Shown in pieces: positions 10,243 through 18,717 of a stretch of 64,000 nucleotides of DNA (position 1 is the first letter of the stretch; every line of letters starts with the position of its first letter). A model generated the notes under the pieces. That model was not told the DNA's origin, searched no databases, and saw only the letters and a list, made by a program, of their open reading frames with translations. The DNA is from an uncultured Ignavibacteriales bacterium (GTDB taxonomy: Bacteria > Zixibacteria > MSB-5A5 > GN15 > FEB-12), in contig CAYXJN010000004.1 of the NCBI GenBank assembly GCA_964464605.1, forward strand, positions 124,001 through 188,000, written 5' to 3'. A program made the translations under genes and the position numbers.

Positions 10243-10746
10243 ATGTCGAAGTTACGTCGCTACTTTTCCGGGAATGAATTTGTCTTTCTGACTGTTGTTA
10301 CGCATAAACGGCAACCGATTCTTATTGATCACGTTGATCTTTTACATACGGCGATTACTACTGCTGGTGAACGTCTTTCTTTTACCCTTACCGCATGGGT
10401 TATTTTGCCAGACCATTTTCATGTAATAATAGAAGCAACATCTGCCAACCCATCTGATATCTTGCAGCGCATAAAGTTATCTTTTTCTGCTCACCTAAGA
10501 AAGCAAATGGGATTAGATTCCGGGCGAGTTTGGCAGCATAGGTTTTGGGATCATCATATCCGTAACCAGAGCGATTTCAGTACTCATATAGATTACATTC
10601 ATTACAATCCCGTGCGACATGGGTATTGCAGGAAACCGTTAGATTGGCTGTATTCTTCTTTGCATGAATATGTGGCTGATGGCTACTATTCTAAAGATTG
10701 GGGCAATAAAAAGCGAATCGAGTTTGCTGAAGATTTTGGCGAATAA
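10243..10746 (+). mobile_element. REP-associated tyrosine transposase (RAYT / TnpA-REP)
   Basis: FLTVVTHKR, LPDHFH (HUH), WQHRFWDHHIR, YIHYNPV motifs; AT-richer than neighbours; flanked by GTAG REPs. Confidence 0.92.
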
Positions 10747-10767
10747 TCTATCTTGTTGTTTTAAGAA

Positions 10768-10794
10768 GTCAGGAGCACAGGGCTCCTGACCTAC
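10768..10794 (-). repeat. REP element downstream of RAYT
   Basis: GTCAGGAGCACAGGGCTCCTGACCTAC, one mismatch from the 10148-10174 copy. Confidence 0.88.
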
Positions 10795-10846
10795 GCAAGA
10801 ATCTTTCTTGTTGATTCCCCCTTCGGCCTGCCGATACTTACCTCAT

Positions 10847-12796
10847 ATGCGGCCTATTTTTAGACTTTTTTTCATGCTGTTTTTGGGGACATGGGGAACC
10901 CTTTTTGCCCAGACCGACCCGGCTAAAACAGAGGCGTTTGGGATAGCTCATTTGACCGAATATCTCGGCCTGAGACCGACCGATTTCGGCTTTCGCTCCG
11001 ACTACACCGACCCGGACAGCTTACGGCTAAAGCAGGTCGCCCGGCTGATGCGCACCCCGCTCGGTATGCCGGAATACACCGAGTCACTCCGCCGTACGTA
11101 TGTCAAAGGGCAACCGGAAGTCGCTGCCCAATTACTCTTTGCAGATTTGGAATGGGAACACACCAAAGGACGCAGTCGTCCATATCAGGCGGATATGGCG
11201 GATATGCGCAGCAAGTGGACGCTTTACTTTACCAACAGCGAAATCAATCAACTGCTCATGCGTGCCGCGACGTATCTCGATGTTTCCTTCCCGCGTTCCG
11301 CTGAAATGACTTTTGCACCGCTCTCAGCCGAAGAACGCCGCTTTTTGCACACCGATGTCAAAGAGATGCTGATGACACATGAAGCCGAAGAGCAAATGAA
11401 CCCGGCGCAGTTGGATTCAATCGAAAAATATGATGAGCACACTGCCGAACTGCTCGCCGATCTCGCGCCCAAAATAGACCGTGACCCGATTGTCGGCGTC
11501 GGCATCGAAGCATTGCGGGAGCTAATGCAGGAAATTAATCTTTTCCGTGATCAAATTAAGTCCGGAAAAATCAGCCCGGAGAAAATCATCAAAGATGCGC
11601 TCTTCCTGCCGGATAACACCGACCTGAAGTCCTATCTCGGTAAACAACCGGGCTGGGCGGTAGGAGGTGTCGGAAACGACCGGTTTTCCGGTGATCTTTC
11701 GTTCGTGCTCGATTTAGGCGGCGATGATGTCTACGATCTTACGTATGATCCCGCCAAACCGCACGGCGTTATTATCATCGATCTCGGCGGTAATGATGTC
11801 TACCAATCAAATAGTGATTTCGGAATTGCTTCCGGCTGCTTATCAGTCGGAATGCTTTTGGATTTTGGCGGGGATGATATCTACCGTGCGAAATCATTCT
11901 CGCTCGGCTCCGGCTTTTTTGGATTCGGCGTTCTCTATGATGCCGCAGGCAACGATCAGTATTTCGGTGACACGCATATTCAGGGAGCGGCCACATTCGG
12001 GTTAGGTCTGCTCATCGATGAAAACGGACGGGATCAATACACCGCCGCCTTTTGCTCGCAGGGGTTCGGCGCTACCGGTGGTATCGGTGCGTTGTATGAT
12101 ATCAATGGCGTCGATCTTTACTCCGCAGGCGGCAAATACAAAGACTTTTTACGCTACAAAGACCATTACCTGTCGATGTCGCAGGGATTCGGTTACGGAA
12201 TTCGTCCGACTCTCTCCGGCGGAATCGGCGCATTGATCGATTTTCACGGGAATGATACCTACCTTTCCGATATTTTCGGACAAGGGACAAGCTATTGGTG
12301 GTCTTTGGGTGTGCTCTATGATTCCACCGGCAACGATATTTACACGTCGTATCAATATGCTCAGGGCGCGGCGACGCATATGACGCTCGGCATGCTTCTG
12401 GATGAGTCCGGTGATGATGCTTACACCGGCAAAGGGGTCATGCAGGGCTGTGGTCATGATTACGCCTGCGGATTGCTCTTTGACCGGGGTGGAAATGACA
12501 CCTATGTCGCGTACGATCTCTCGCAAGGCGCAGGCTCAGCCAACGGCGCCGGAATGCTTTTAGATATTTCCGGAGATGATCGCTACTTAGTAAAAAGCCG
12601 CGACAACACGCAAGGCTACGGTAATCCACGCCGGGATTATGGCTCAATCGGTCTGTTTATCGACTTAGGTGGTAAGGACTATTACGACGGCAACGGCCGT
12701 GACAGTTTCTATTGGATGACCAAATCCAAATGGGGCGGCGGGATGGATATCGAATTCCCCGTCAAACAGGATAGCGTACGGGCAGAAACCGAATGA
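10847..12796 (+). CDS. Secreted protein with many GxGxLxDxxGxDxY repeats (function unknown)
   Basis: Signal peptide; about a dozen D-x-x-G-x-D-x-Y repeats in the C-terminal half. Confidence 0.75.
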   Translation: MRPIFRLFFMLFLGTWGTLFAQTDPAKTEAFGIAHLTEYLGLRPTDFGFRSDYTDPDSLRLKQVARLMRTPLGMPEYTESLRRTYVKGQPEVAAQLLFADLEWEHTKGRSRPYQADMADMRSKWTLYFTNSEINQLLMRAATYLDVSFPRSAEMTFAPLSAEERRFLHTDVKEMLMTHEAEEQMNPAQLDSIEKYDEHTAELLADLAPKIDRDPIVGVGIEALRELMQEINLFRDQIKSGKISPEKIIKDALFLPDNTDLKSYLGKQPGWAVGGVGNDRFSGDLSFVLDLGGDDVYDLTYDPAKPHGVIIIDLGGNDVYQSNSDFGIASGCLSVGMLLDFGGDDIYRAKSFSLGSGFFGFGVLYDAAGNDQYFGDTHIQGAATFGLGLLIDENGRDQYTAAFCSQGFGATGGIGALYDINGVDLYSAGGKYKDFLRYKDHYLSMSQGFGYGIRPTLSGGIGALIDFHGNDTYLSDIFGQGTSYWWSLGVLYDSTGNDIYTSYQYAQGAATHMTLGMLLDESGDDAYTGKGVMQGCGHDYACGLLFDRGGNDTYVAYDLSQGAGSANGAGMLLDISGDDRYLVKSRDNTQGYGNPRRDYGSIGLFIDLGGKDYYDGNGRDSFYWMTKSKWGGGMDIEFPVKQDSVRAETE

Positions 12797-13725
12797 AAAA
12801 GCTCATTACCATATTTTTGCTTACTCTTTTCGTGACTGCCACCGGACATGCCGAAGATGCGGTCTTAAAAAAGAAGCTCGATTCACTATTTGTGATTGCC
12901 TCGTCGGGAGAAGTTGACCATCGTGATCAAAATGAACCGGCGATGGACTCGATTGCAAAGTATGGCACGGACGCTGTTCCGTACCTGGTTGATAAATTCA
13001 CCACTAAATCGGCCCGGGAGCGCTGGACTGTTATTTGGACCTTGCAGCGAATCGGCGCCAAAGCGGTGCCGTATTTGGTGCAGTCATTGAACCGTCAGGA
13101 TGGATTAGTCGTGGAACGTGTTTGTTTCGCTTTGGGTGAAATAAAAGATACCGGCGCGGTTCTGTCGCTTGTGAATATCGCTACTCACACCCGTTGGCAG
13201 GTGCGCAACGAAGCTATCGGCGCGCTCGGTAAAATAGGGGATAAGCGGGGTGGTCCTGCGGCAGTTGCGGCATTGCGGGATACGATCGATGAAGTTCGTA
13301 AATCCGGCGCCGTTTCCTGCGGCTCGATTAAACATACTGATGCGATTCCTTCACTTATTCAGCTTTTCGGCGACAGTTTTTATGGCGCCCGTATGTCGGC
13401 CAAAGAGGCGCTTACCAAACTCGACACTGTCCGTGTGCGGCAATTACTCGGAGGACTTATTCAGTCCGATACAACTGCACTTGGTGATTTAGCCTGCGAT
13501 GTCTACGCGCAAATCGCCGATATGAACTCCCTGCACGTGTTAGCCTCGCAATTACGCGCCGACCGGTTTGAACGCCGTGCTCATGCCGCGCTGGGAATCA
13601 TTACCGCCGATCCGGTAAACAACTGCGGTTTCCACGAGCAGTTTTCTGGTGAAGACTACGCCGACCAACTTACCCGTTTGAAAATCAAATCCGCTCTTGC
13701 CCTGCTTGCCGATGCGAAACAATAG
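12793..13725 (+). CDS. Secreted HEAT-repeat protein
   Basis: Signal peptide; repeated VR..A..ALG.I.D..AV..L motifs; ATGA overlap with upstream gene. Confidence 0.85.
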   Translation: MKKLITIFLLTLFVTATGHAEDAVLKKKLDSLFVIASSGEVDHRDQNEPAMDSIAKYGTDAVPYLVDKFTTKSARERWTVIWTLQRIGAKAVPYLVQSLNRQDGLVVERVCFALGEIKDTGAVLSLVNIATHTRWQVRNEAIGALGKIGDKRGGPAAVAALRDTIDEVRKSGAVSCGSIKHTDAIPSLIQLFGDSFYGARMSAKEALTKLDTVRVRQLLGGLIQSDTTALGDLACDVYAQIADMNSLHVLASQLRADRFERRAHAALGIITADPVNNCGFHEQFSGEDYADQLTRLKIKSALALLADAKQ

Positions 13726-14959
13726 TCTGCACAGCCGATTGTCGGGTCTGGGCAGCCAGTTATTCGGAACAAAAAAATCGAACCAAGCAGAAGAAACAGC
13801 TAACAAGCAGTTTCCTTCCCGTTATGCGAAATTAGCGAAAACCCTTTCCGGACACATTGTCCAGAGAGCCGCTGGTACGTTTTGTCAGGTCGATGCAGTC
13901 TATCCGAACAACTACGCGCATGGTTCCTTCGCGTTGCGGGAATTGCTGGCTTCTCCGGAAATTCCGGTTTCGAGTTTTACCAAAGATGCCACTGAAGGAA
14001 CAGTAACATTAGAACAACTTCGGTTTATTGATACGGAAACGACCGGATTAGGGGGGAGCGGCACTGTTCCATTTCTCATTGGTGTTGCCAAAATCGAAAA
14101 CGGCAGCGTGCAGATGCGGCAATTCTTTTTGCCGGATTACAATGATGAAGCGGGAATGCTTGAGGCATTCTGTGAAGAGCTTCCCGATGATTGCTCACTC
14201 GTTTCCTATAACGGTCTTTCATTCGACCAGCCAGCTTTACTGTCACGCTGTATCGTGAACCGAATAGCGACTAATCTTGATACCTTGCCGCATTATGATT
14301 TGCTGTTTCCGATGCGTCGTTTGTTCAAACGCCGTTTGAAAGACTGCAAACTGCAAAATATCGAAAAACAGATTCTTGGGTTCGAGCGCGTTGATGATAT
14401 CCCCGGATTTTTGATTCCGAGTTGCTATTTTGACTGGCTCTCCGAAGAAAAAACTGATTTGCTTAACCCGATCGTCGAGCATAACCGTCTTGATATTCTT
14501 TCTCTGGTTTTTCTCGCCGGATTTTTGCGGGATATTTTCGCCGAAGAAGGGGAGCCGCTTGAGGAAATAGATGATATCCATTCGCTTTCCCGTACCTACG
14601 CCGTTCGCAAAGCACATGACATTACTTACCGCTTGTTTCAGCGCATGGAATCTCTGAGTGCCGATTCACTCTCCGAAGATGTTCTCTTGTATCACGCCGC
14701 CAATTTACGCCGGATGGGGAAGCTGACTGAAGCTGTTGAACTCTGGATGCAGATAGCGGATATAGGATCAAAGCCGGGCGCATTGGCTGCAATCGAACTG
14801 GCCAAATACCATGAGCGGTATGAAGGAAACTTCGAAACTGCCTTACAATTCGCCAAACAGGCCAGCCGATCACCCCTGCTTACCAAAACGCATAAAACAG
14901 CCTTAGACAATCGGATAGCCCGGCTTCACCTGAAAATCAGAACTAACTCCGATCAGTAA
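13712..14959 (+). CDS. RNase H-like (YprB/MrfB-type) exonuclease with C-terminal TPRs
   Basis: FIDTETTGL, SYNGLSFD, HYDLL, EHNRLDI DEDD-type motifs plus helical repeats. Confidence 0.85.
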   Translation: MRNNSLHSRLSGLGSQLFGTKKSNQAEETANKQFPSRYAKLAKTLSGHIVQRAAGTFCQVDAVYPNNYAHGSFALRELLASPEIPVSSFTKDATEGTVTLEQLRFIDTETTGLGGSGTVPFLIGVAKIENGSVQMRQFFLPDYNDEAGMLEAFCEELPDDCSLVSYNGLSFDQPALLSRCIVNRIATNLDTLPHYDLLFPMRRLFKRRLKDCKLQNIEKQILGFERVDDIPGFLIPSCYFDWLSEEKTDLLNPIVEHNRLDILSLVFLAGFLRDIFAEEGEPLEEIDDIHSLSRTYAVRKAHDITYRLFQRMESLSADSLSEDVLLYHAANLRRMGKLTEAVELWMQIADIGSKPGALAAIELAKYHERYEGNFETALQFAKQASRSPLLTKTHKTALDNRIARLHLKIRTNSDQ

Positions 14960-14983
14960 ACTCTCCGGTCAATCCGCCGATAA
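14957..14983 (+). promoter_or_regulatory. Sigma28 (FliA-type) promoter
   Basis: TAAA-N15-GCCGATAA, perfect consensus, 10 nt before the HDOD start codon. Confidence 0.7.
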
Positions 14984-14993
14984 ACAGGGATAG

Positions 14994-16295
14994 ATGACTA
15001 CCGAACTGTTTACGCGTATTCTGAACGACCACAAAGAGCTGACCGCTTTGCCGCAGACGATGGCGGCGGTGCTGCGGATTGCGGCGGATGAAGAATCCTC
15101 TGCCCGTGAAATGTCGGATACGCTTTCCCGCGATCCCGCCTTAACCGCCAAACTCCTGCGCGTAGTCAATTCTCCGTTCTATGGCGTCGGCCGTGAAGTA
15201 TCCTCAGTCAAACAGGCCGTGATGACTGTCGGCAACCGGGCAGTGACGGCCTTGGTGCTGTCATCCTCGGTGTATGATTTAACCGGCAAATGGAAAACGA
15301 CGATCGACCGGAAACGCTTTTGGCGGCACTCGCTCGAAGTCGCCATTGCCAGCCGTTTGATTTCTGAAACGGTGAAATATCCGTTTCCGGATGAAGCCTT
15401 CGTCGCCGGATTACTGCACGATGTCGGTTTGCTTGTGCTTGAAAAGTCTTTTCCCGAGCAGTTCGCGAAAATCTGGCAGAACCGTCCGGTCGCGCAGCCG
15501 TTTTATGAGCTTGAGCATACTACTTGGGGAACCGACCACGCCAAAGCCGGACAGTTTTTATTCGAGCAGTGGAATTTGCCAACCGCTATTTGCACGGCCG
15601 TAGGGAAGCATCATAGTATTGCGCAATTGTCGAATGAACAGACATCATTGCTTCCCAAGATTGTTGCCCTTGCCAATATCATTTCACGGTTCAAGGTTAC
15701 ATCGACTTCACAAGCGCCGGAAACGGTGAATGACCGTCATGCCTTGTGCGAGCAGTTGGGGTTAACCGACAAATACCTGCATGAAATTGAAGGACAACTG
15801 TTGAACAAAGTTGTTGAAGAGGCTCGTTTTCTGGAAATGGAAATCGGGTCGATTGATGAAATTCTCACGGAAGCGAACAAGATGCTCTATGAGCAGTATC
15901 TGACCGTGGAAGCGTTGCTGCGGGAAAACCGACGGATGCAGGAGGAGATCGCCAAGGCAAAGGTCAAAAAAGCAGCCTTAGAAGCGCTCCAGACGATTAC
16001 TGCGACCTTCAACCATTATATCAATAACGCCTCTGCGACTATTCTGGGTCGGGCGCAGTTAGTCGAGATCAGTATTCAGCAGGGGAATATCGGCGATCCG
16101 CGAGGGACGGCTGCCATGTCGATGCAGGTGATTTCCAACAGCGTCAACACGATTTGCGCCGTGATGAACGAACTGAAATCACTGACTGAGTTTGAAACGA
16201 TCAGCTATCACGATACCGCATACATTCTCGATATCGAACAGCGTATCCAAAAACATCTTGAGCATCTCGAAGCAATCGCCCACGCTGAAAATTAA
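14994..16295 (+). CDS. HDOD-domain protein with C-terminal HisKA-like helix pair (no ATPase)
   Basis: DPALTAKLLRVVNS, FWRHS, AGLLHDVG; C-terminal ATFNHYINNASATILG. Confidence 0.85.
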   Translation: MTTELFTRILNDHKELTALPQTMAAVLRIAADEESSAREMSDTLSRDPALTAKLLRVVNSPFYGVGREVSSVKQAVMTVGNRAVTALVLSSSVYDLTGKWKTTIDRKRFWRHSLEVAIASRLISETVKYPFPDEAFVAGLLHDVGLLVLEKSFPEQFAKIWQNRPVAQPFYELEHTTWGTDHAKAGQFLFEQWNLPTAICTAVGKHHSIAQLSNEQTSLLPKIVALANIISRFKVTSTSQAPETVNDRHALCEQLGLTDKYLHEIEGQLLNKVVEEARFLEMEIGSIDEILTEANKMLYEQYLTVEALLRENRRMQEEIAKAKVKKAALEALQTITATFNHYINNASATILGRAQLVEISIQQGNIGDPRGTAAMSMQVISNSVNTICAVMNELKSLTEFETISYHDTAYILDIEQRIQKHLEHLEAIAHAEN

Positions 16296-16314
16296 CTGGT
16301 GAATTTAAAAAGAG

Positions 16315-18282
16315 TTATCGTTTCGCCGAAACGATAATCGTGCTGCCGTTACCGTCGATGGTCAATTTCTTGTTGCCGCTTCCGACTGCAATCGTCGCCA
16401 GCTTTGCTTCTCCTTTGGTGGTGACATCCGCCGGGATAGCTGTCTGAATCTGTCCGCCAACCGAACGTACCAAGAGATTGCCGTTACTTTCCTGCGGCAT
16501 GATGACCTGTACGCTGCCGAAGTTGGAGTTGATATTCGAGTTCCCATTGAAATCACGGCCAAGCAGTAGCATAACTGAGCCGCTTTCGTTGTGAATCGAA
16601 AATGGCCCTTGTAAAGTCTGGCCGCTGACGGAACCGAACCGGTTTTGGACATCGACCAAACCACGAATATTTTCAAGCGACAAACTGGTATTGTTATTTT
16701 CAACCGTTGCCGATCCGCTGATCATCCGCAATTCAGTTTGGCCGAACGTATTACTCGTTTCGACATTTCCCTGAACATTGGAAATCATGATGCTGCCGTT
16801 CTGATTCGTGGCGTTCACGTTGCCGATATGGTCGGTTACCATCACGTGGCCGGTCGCTTCGATAGTCGCATCCCCGCGGGATTTGGTCAGCTCGACATTG
16901 GCGAATGAGGTGGCGATATGCATCGGCCCGTTACCGCCCATAATCGAAACCGGCGCATGGCTGTTGACGATTTCCAGTTTGCCGGTAACGTTGACTAAGC
17001 TGACTTGGCCGAAACTGTTGCGAATTTCTGCGCCCCCGCTGCCGCCGCTGACGTCGACACGGGAATTGGAAGCGGTTATCTCTAATCCGCCATTTATATC
17101 GATCGCCTGAACGGTAGCAAACTGCGCTGAAAGTTCAACCGGATTCGTTGAAGGGACATAGACAATCATTTTGTGCTGGCTGAGCGTTACGCGTGAGTCG
17201 GTAAAGCGAGGGACATTCATTGTAACGTGAATGCCGTCGGTTGATGGCACTATCGTCAGCTTGGCGTCATTCGTTATTTCTTCCGCTACTTTTTTAGTTG
17301 GAACAGAAAAACGGATAGTCGATTGCACCTGCACCACATTTCGTTTCCATCCGGTGACAATCAAATCACCGATCGGGTTGGTGATAATAATTGGCAGTTT
17401 AGCAGATGACACCTTGGTGCTGTCGTAAAATTCTTTCGTTACCGAGCCGACACCTTCTTTTGAAAAGGCGATAACCTGTTTGTTGGTCGAAGAAAGATTT
17501 CCCGGCTTATCCAAAATAATAACACTCGGCGGGGTGGGTACAGTCGGAACCGGCGGAACAGGAGTGACCGGCGCTACCGGAGCGACAGGATCAACGGCAG
17601 CATGACCTGCCGCCACTGCATCTTCGTATGCCTTTGCCGCCTTTTCGTACTCTTTGTGCGCCGCTTCAATGTGGGCAAGTTCTGCATCGAGCGCAGACAT
17701 GTCACGGTGATATTCCTCAAGCCGTACGCTCAAGCTGTCCTGAACGGCGGCGGTAATACGGGCTTTGGTTTGTACTTTGCTTAAGCGAATGGCCAGATCA
17801 TTGGTCAATTGATCGGAGATAAGCTCTAATTCCTGCGCAAGTTGACGGGTGAGCTTATGCGCTTTCCGCTCCTGTGCGGAATGCCCTAATTTTTTTTCGA
17901 TGGCGAGCGCTTTGTCGCTGATCAGTTTCAACTTGTCGCTTAAAGCATTCGGGTCGTTGGTGATTCTGCTGGTAACAAGTATCTCTTCGATCATGCGCAG
18001 TTGATCGGTAAGGGAATAAAGCTCATCAAGCTGCAGTTCACTTAAATATCCGGTGAAATCGCTGACGGTTAAATGGAGTGATTCAAGCAGGTCGACATAA
18101 TCGCGTGCCAGTTCACGCTCATCGGCAGTCAAACGGGATTCCGCTTTTGGGCGTGGGGTATTCTCAATATCCGGGGGGAGTGGTGTTTGAGCGGTAATGG
18201 AACCGGCAAACAAGGCAATACTGAGCAATACCAGTCTGGATAATGATGCAAACCGGAAGTGTGTTTTACTGCCTGTTTTCAT
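16315..18282 (-). CDS. Secreted DUF4097/adhesin-like beta-repeat protein with coiled-coil N-terminus and Pro-rich linker
   Basis: Signal peptide; PVAPVAPVTPVPPVP linker; repeated NxFGxV beta motifs. Confidence 0.78.
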   Translation of the reverse strand: MKTGSKTHFRFASLSRLVLLSIALFAGSITAQTPLPPDIENTPRPKAESRLTADERELARDYVDLLESLHLTVSDFTGYLSELQLDELYSLTDQLRMIEEILVTSRITNDPNALSDKLKLISDKALAIEKKLGHSAQERKAHKLTRQLAQELELISDQLTNDLAIRLSKVQTKARITAAVQDSLSVRLEEYHRDMSALDAELAHIEAAHKEYEKAAKAYEDAVAAGHAAVDPVAPVAPVTPVPPVPTVPTPPSVIILDKPGNLSSTNKQVIAFSKEGVGSVTKEFYDSTKVSSAKLPIIITNPIGDLIVTGWKRNVVQVQSTIRFSVPTKKVAEEITNDAKLTIVPSTDGIHVTMNVPRFTDSRVTLSQHKMIVYVPSTNPVELSAQFATVQAIDINGGLEITASNSRVDVSGGSGGAEIRNSFGQVSLVNVTGKLEIVNSHAPVSIMGGNGPMHIATSFANVELTKSRGDATIEATGHVMVTDHIGNVNATNQNGSIMISNVQGNVETSNTFGQTELRMISGSATVENNNTSLSLENIRGLVDVQNRFGSVSGQTLQGPFSIHNESGSVMLLLGRDFNGNSNINSNFGSVQVIMPQESNGNLLVRSVGGQIQTAIPADVTTKGEAKLATIAVGSGNKKLTIDGNGSTIIVSAKR

Positions 18283-18395
18283 ATGGTATCATCCCAGGGA
18301 TGTTCGTAATCAAGATACTCCTGATTCTCGTTTCCTGATGTTAAATCCGGCCACGTATTCGGCGTGGGCTTGGTGTCGTTGCTAAGGCTATACAT
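18279..18395 (-). CDS. Possible 38-aa leader ORF coupled to the DUF4097 gene
   Basis: MYSLSNDTKPTPNTWPDLTSGNENQEYLDYEHPWDDTI; TGA overlaps the downstream ATG (ATGA). Confidence 0.3.
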   Translation of the reverse strand: MYSLSNDTKPTPNTWPDLTSGNENQEYLDYEHPWDDTI

Positions 18396-18444
18396 CCGTG
18401 TTTTCAGTTTCTTCCGTTTCGGTAAAAAATGCTCTCCCTATTTC

Positions 18445-18470
18445 TTACGAGTTTTTTCCCGACTTGTTCC
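18445..18470 (-). promoter_or_regulatory. ECF sigma-type promoter
   Basis: GGAAC-N16-CGTAA on the minus strand upstream of the DUF4097 gene. Confidence 0.55.
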
Positions 18471-18717
18471 TTCTTTGTGAGCCGCAAGTATATGTGGCAA
18501 AGGCAGTAACTGCCAGAAAGAACAGGTATAATTTTCGCAAAAAATGCGTTAAAAAAGGCTTAACTTGACAAACCGGGGTCTCTGGCTCATCTTATTGTGT
18601 CCCAATAGATTCTCGGCAGCCATTCGGCCATATGCATATCCGGTATTTTCGTGCCGATACTGTAAGGGCACAGTCAAAATGAAGATAGTATCTCTTAGCA
18701 ATAAAGGAATATAGCAG

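Noticed and set aside
10107..10794. CRISPR-like repeats
   Set aside because: Only three palindromic copies in mixed orientation around a RAYT; these are REPs, not a repeat-spacer array.
17528..17592. Tandem DNA repeat in the DUF4097 gene
   Set aside because: A low-complexity Pro/Val linker with synonymous variation, not an exact nucleotide repeat.
18653..18660. Further sigma28 promoters (GCCGATAC at 18653 and 10830, GCCGACAC at 7931)
   Set aside because: No TAAA at the 15-nt spacing; a -10-like match alone is not enough.
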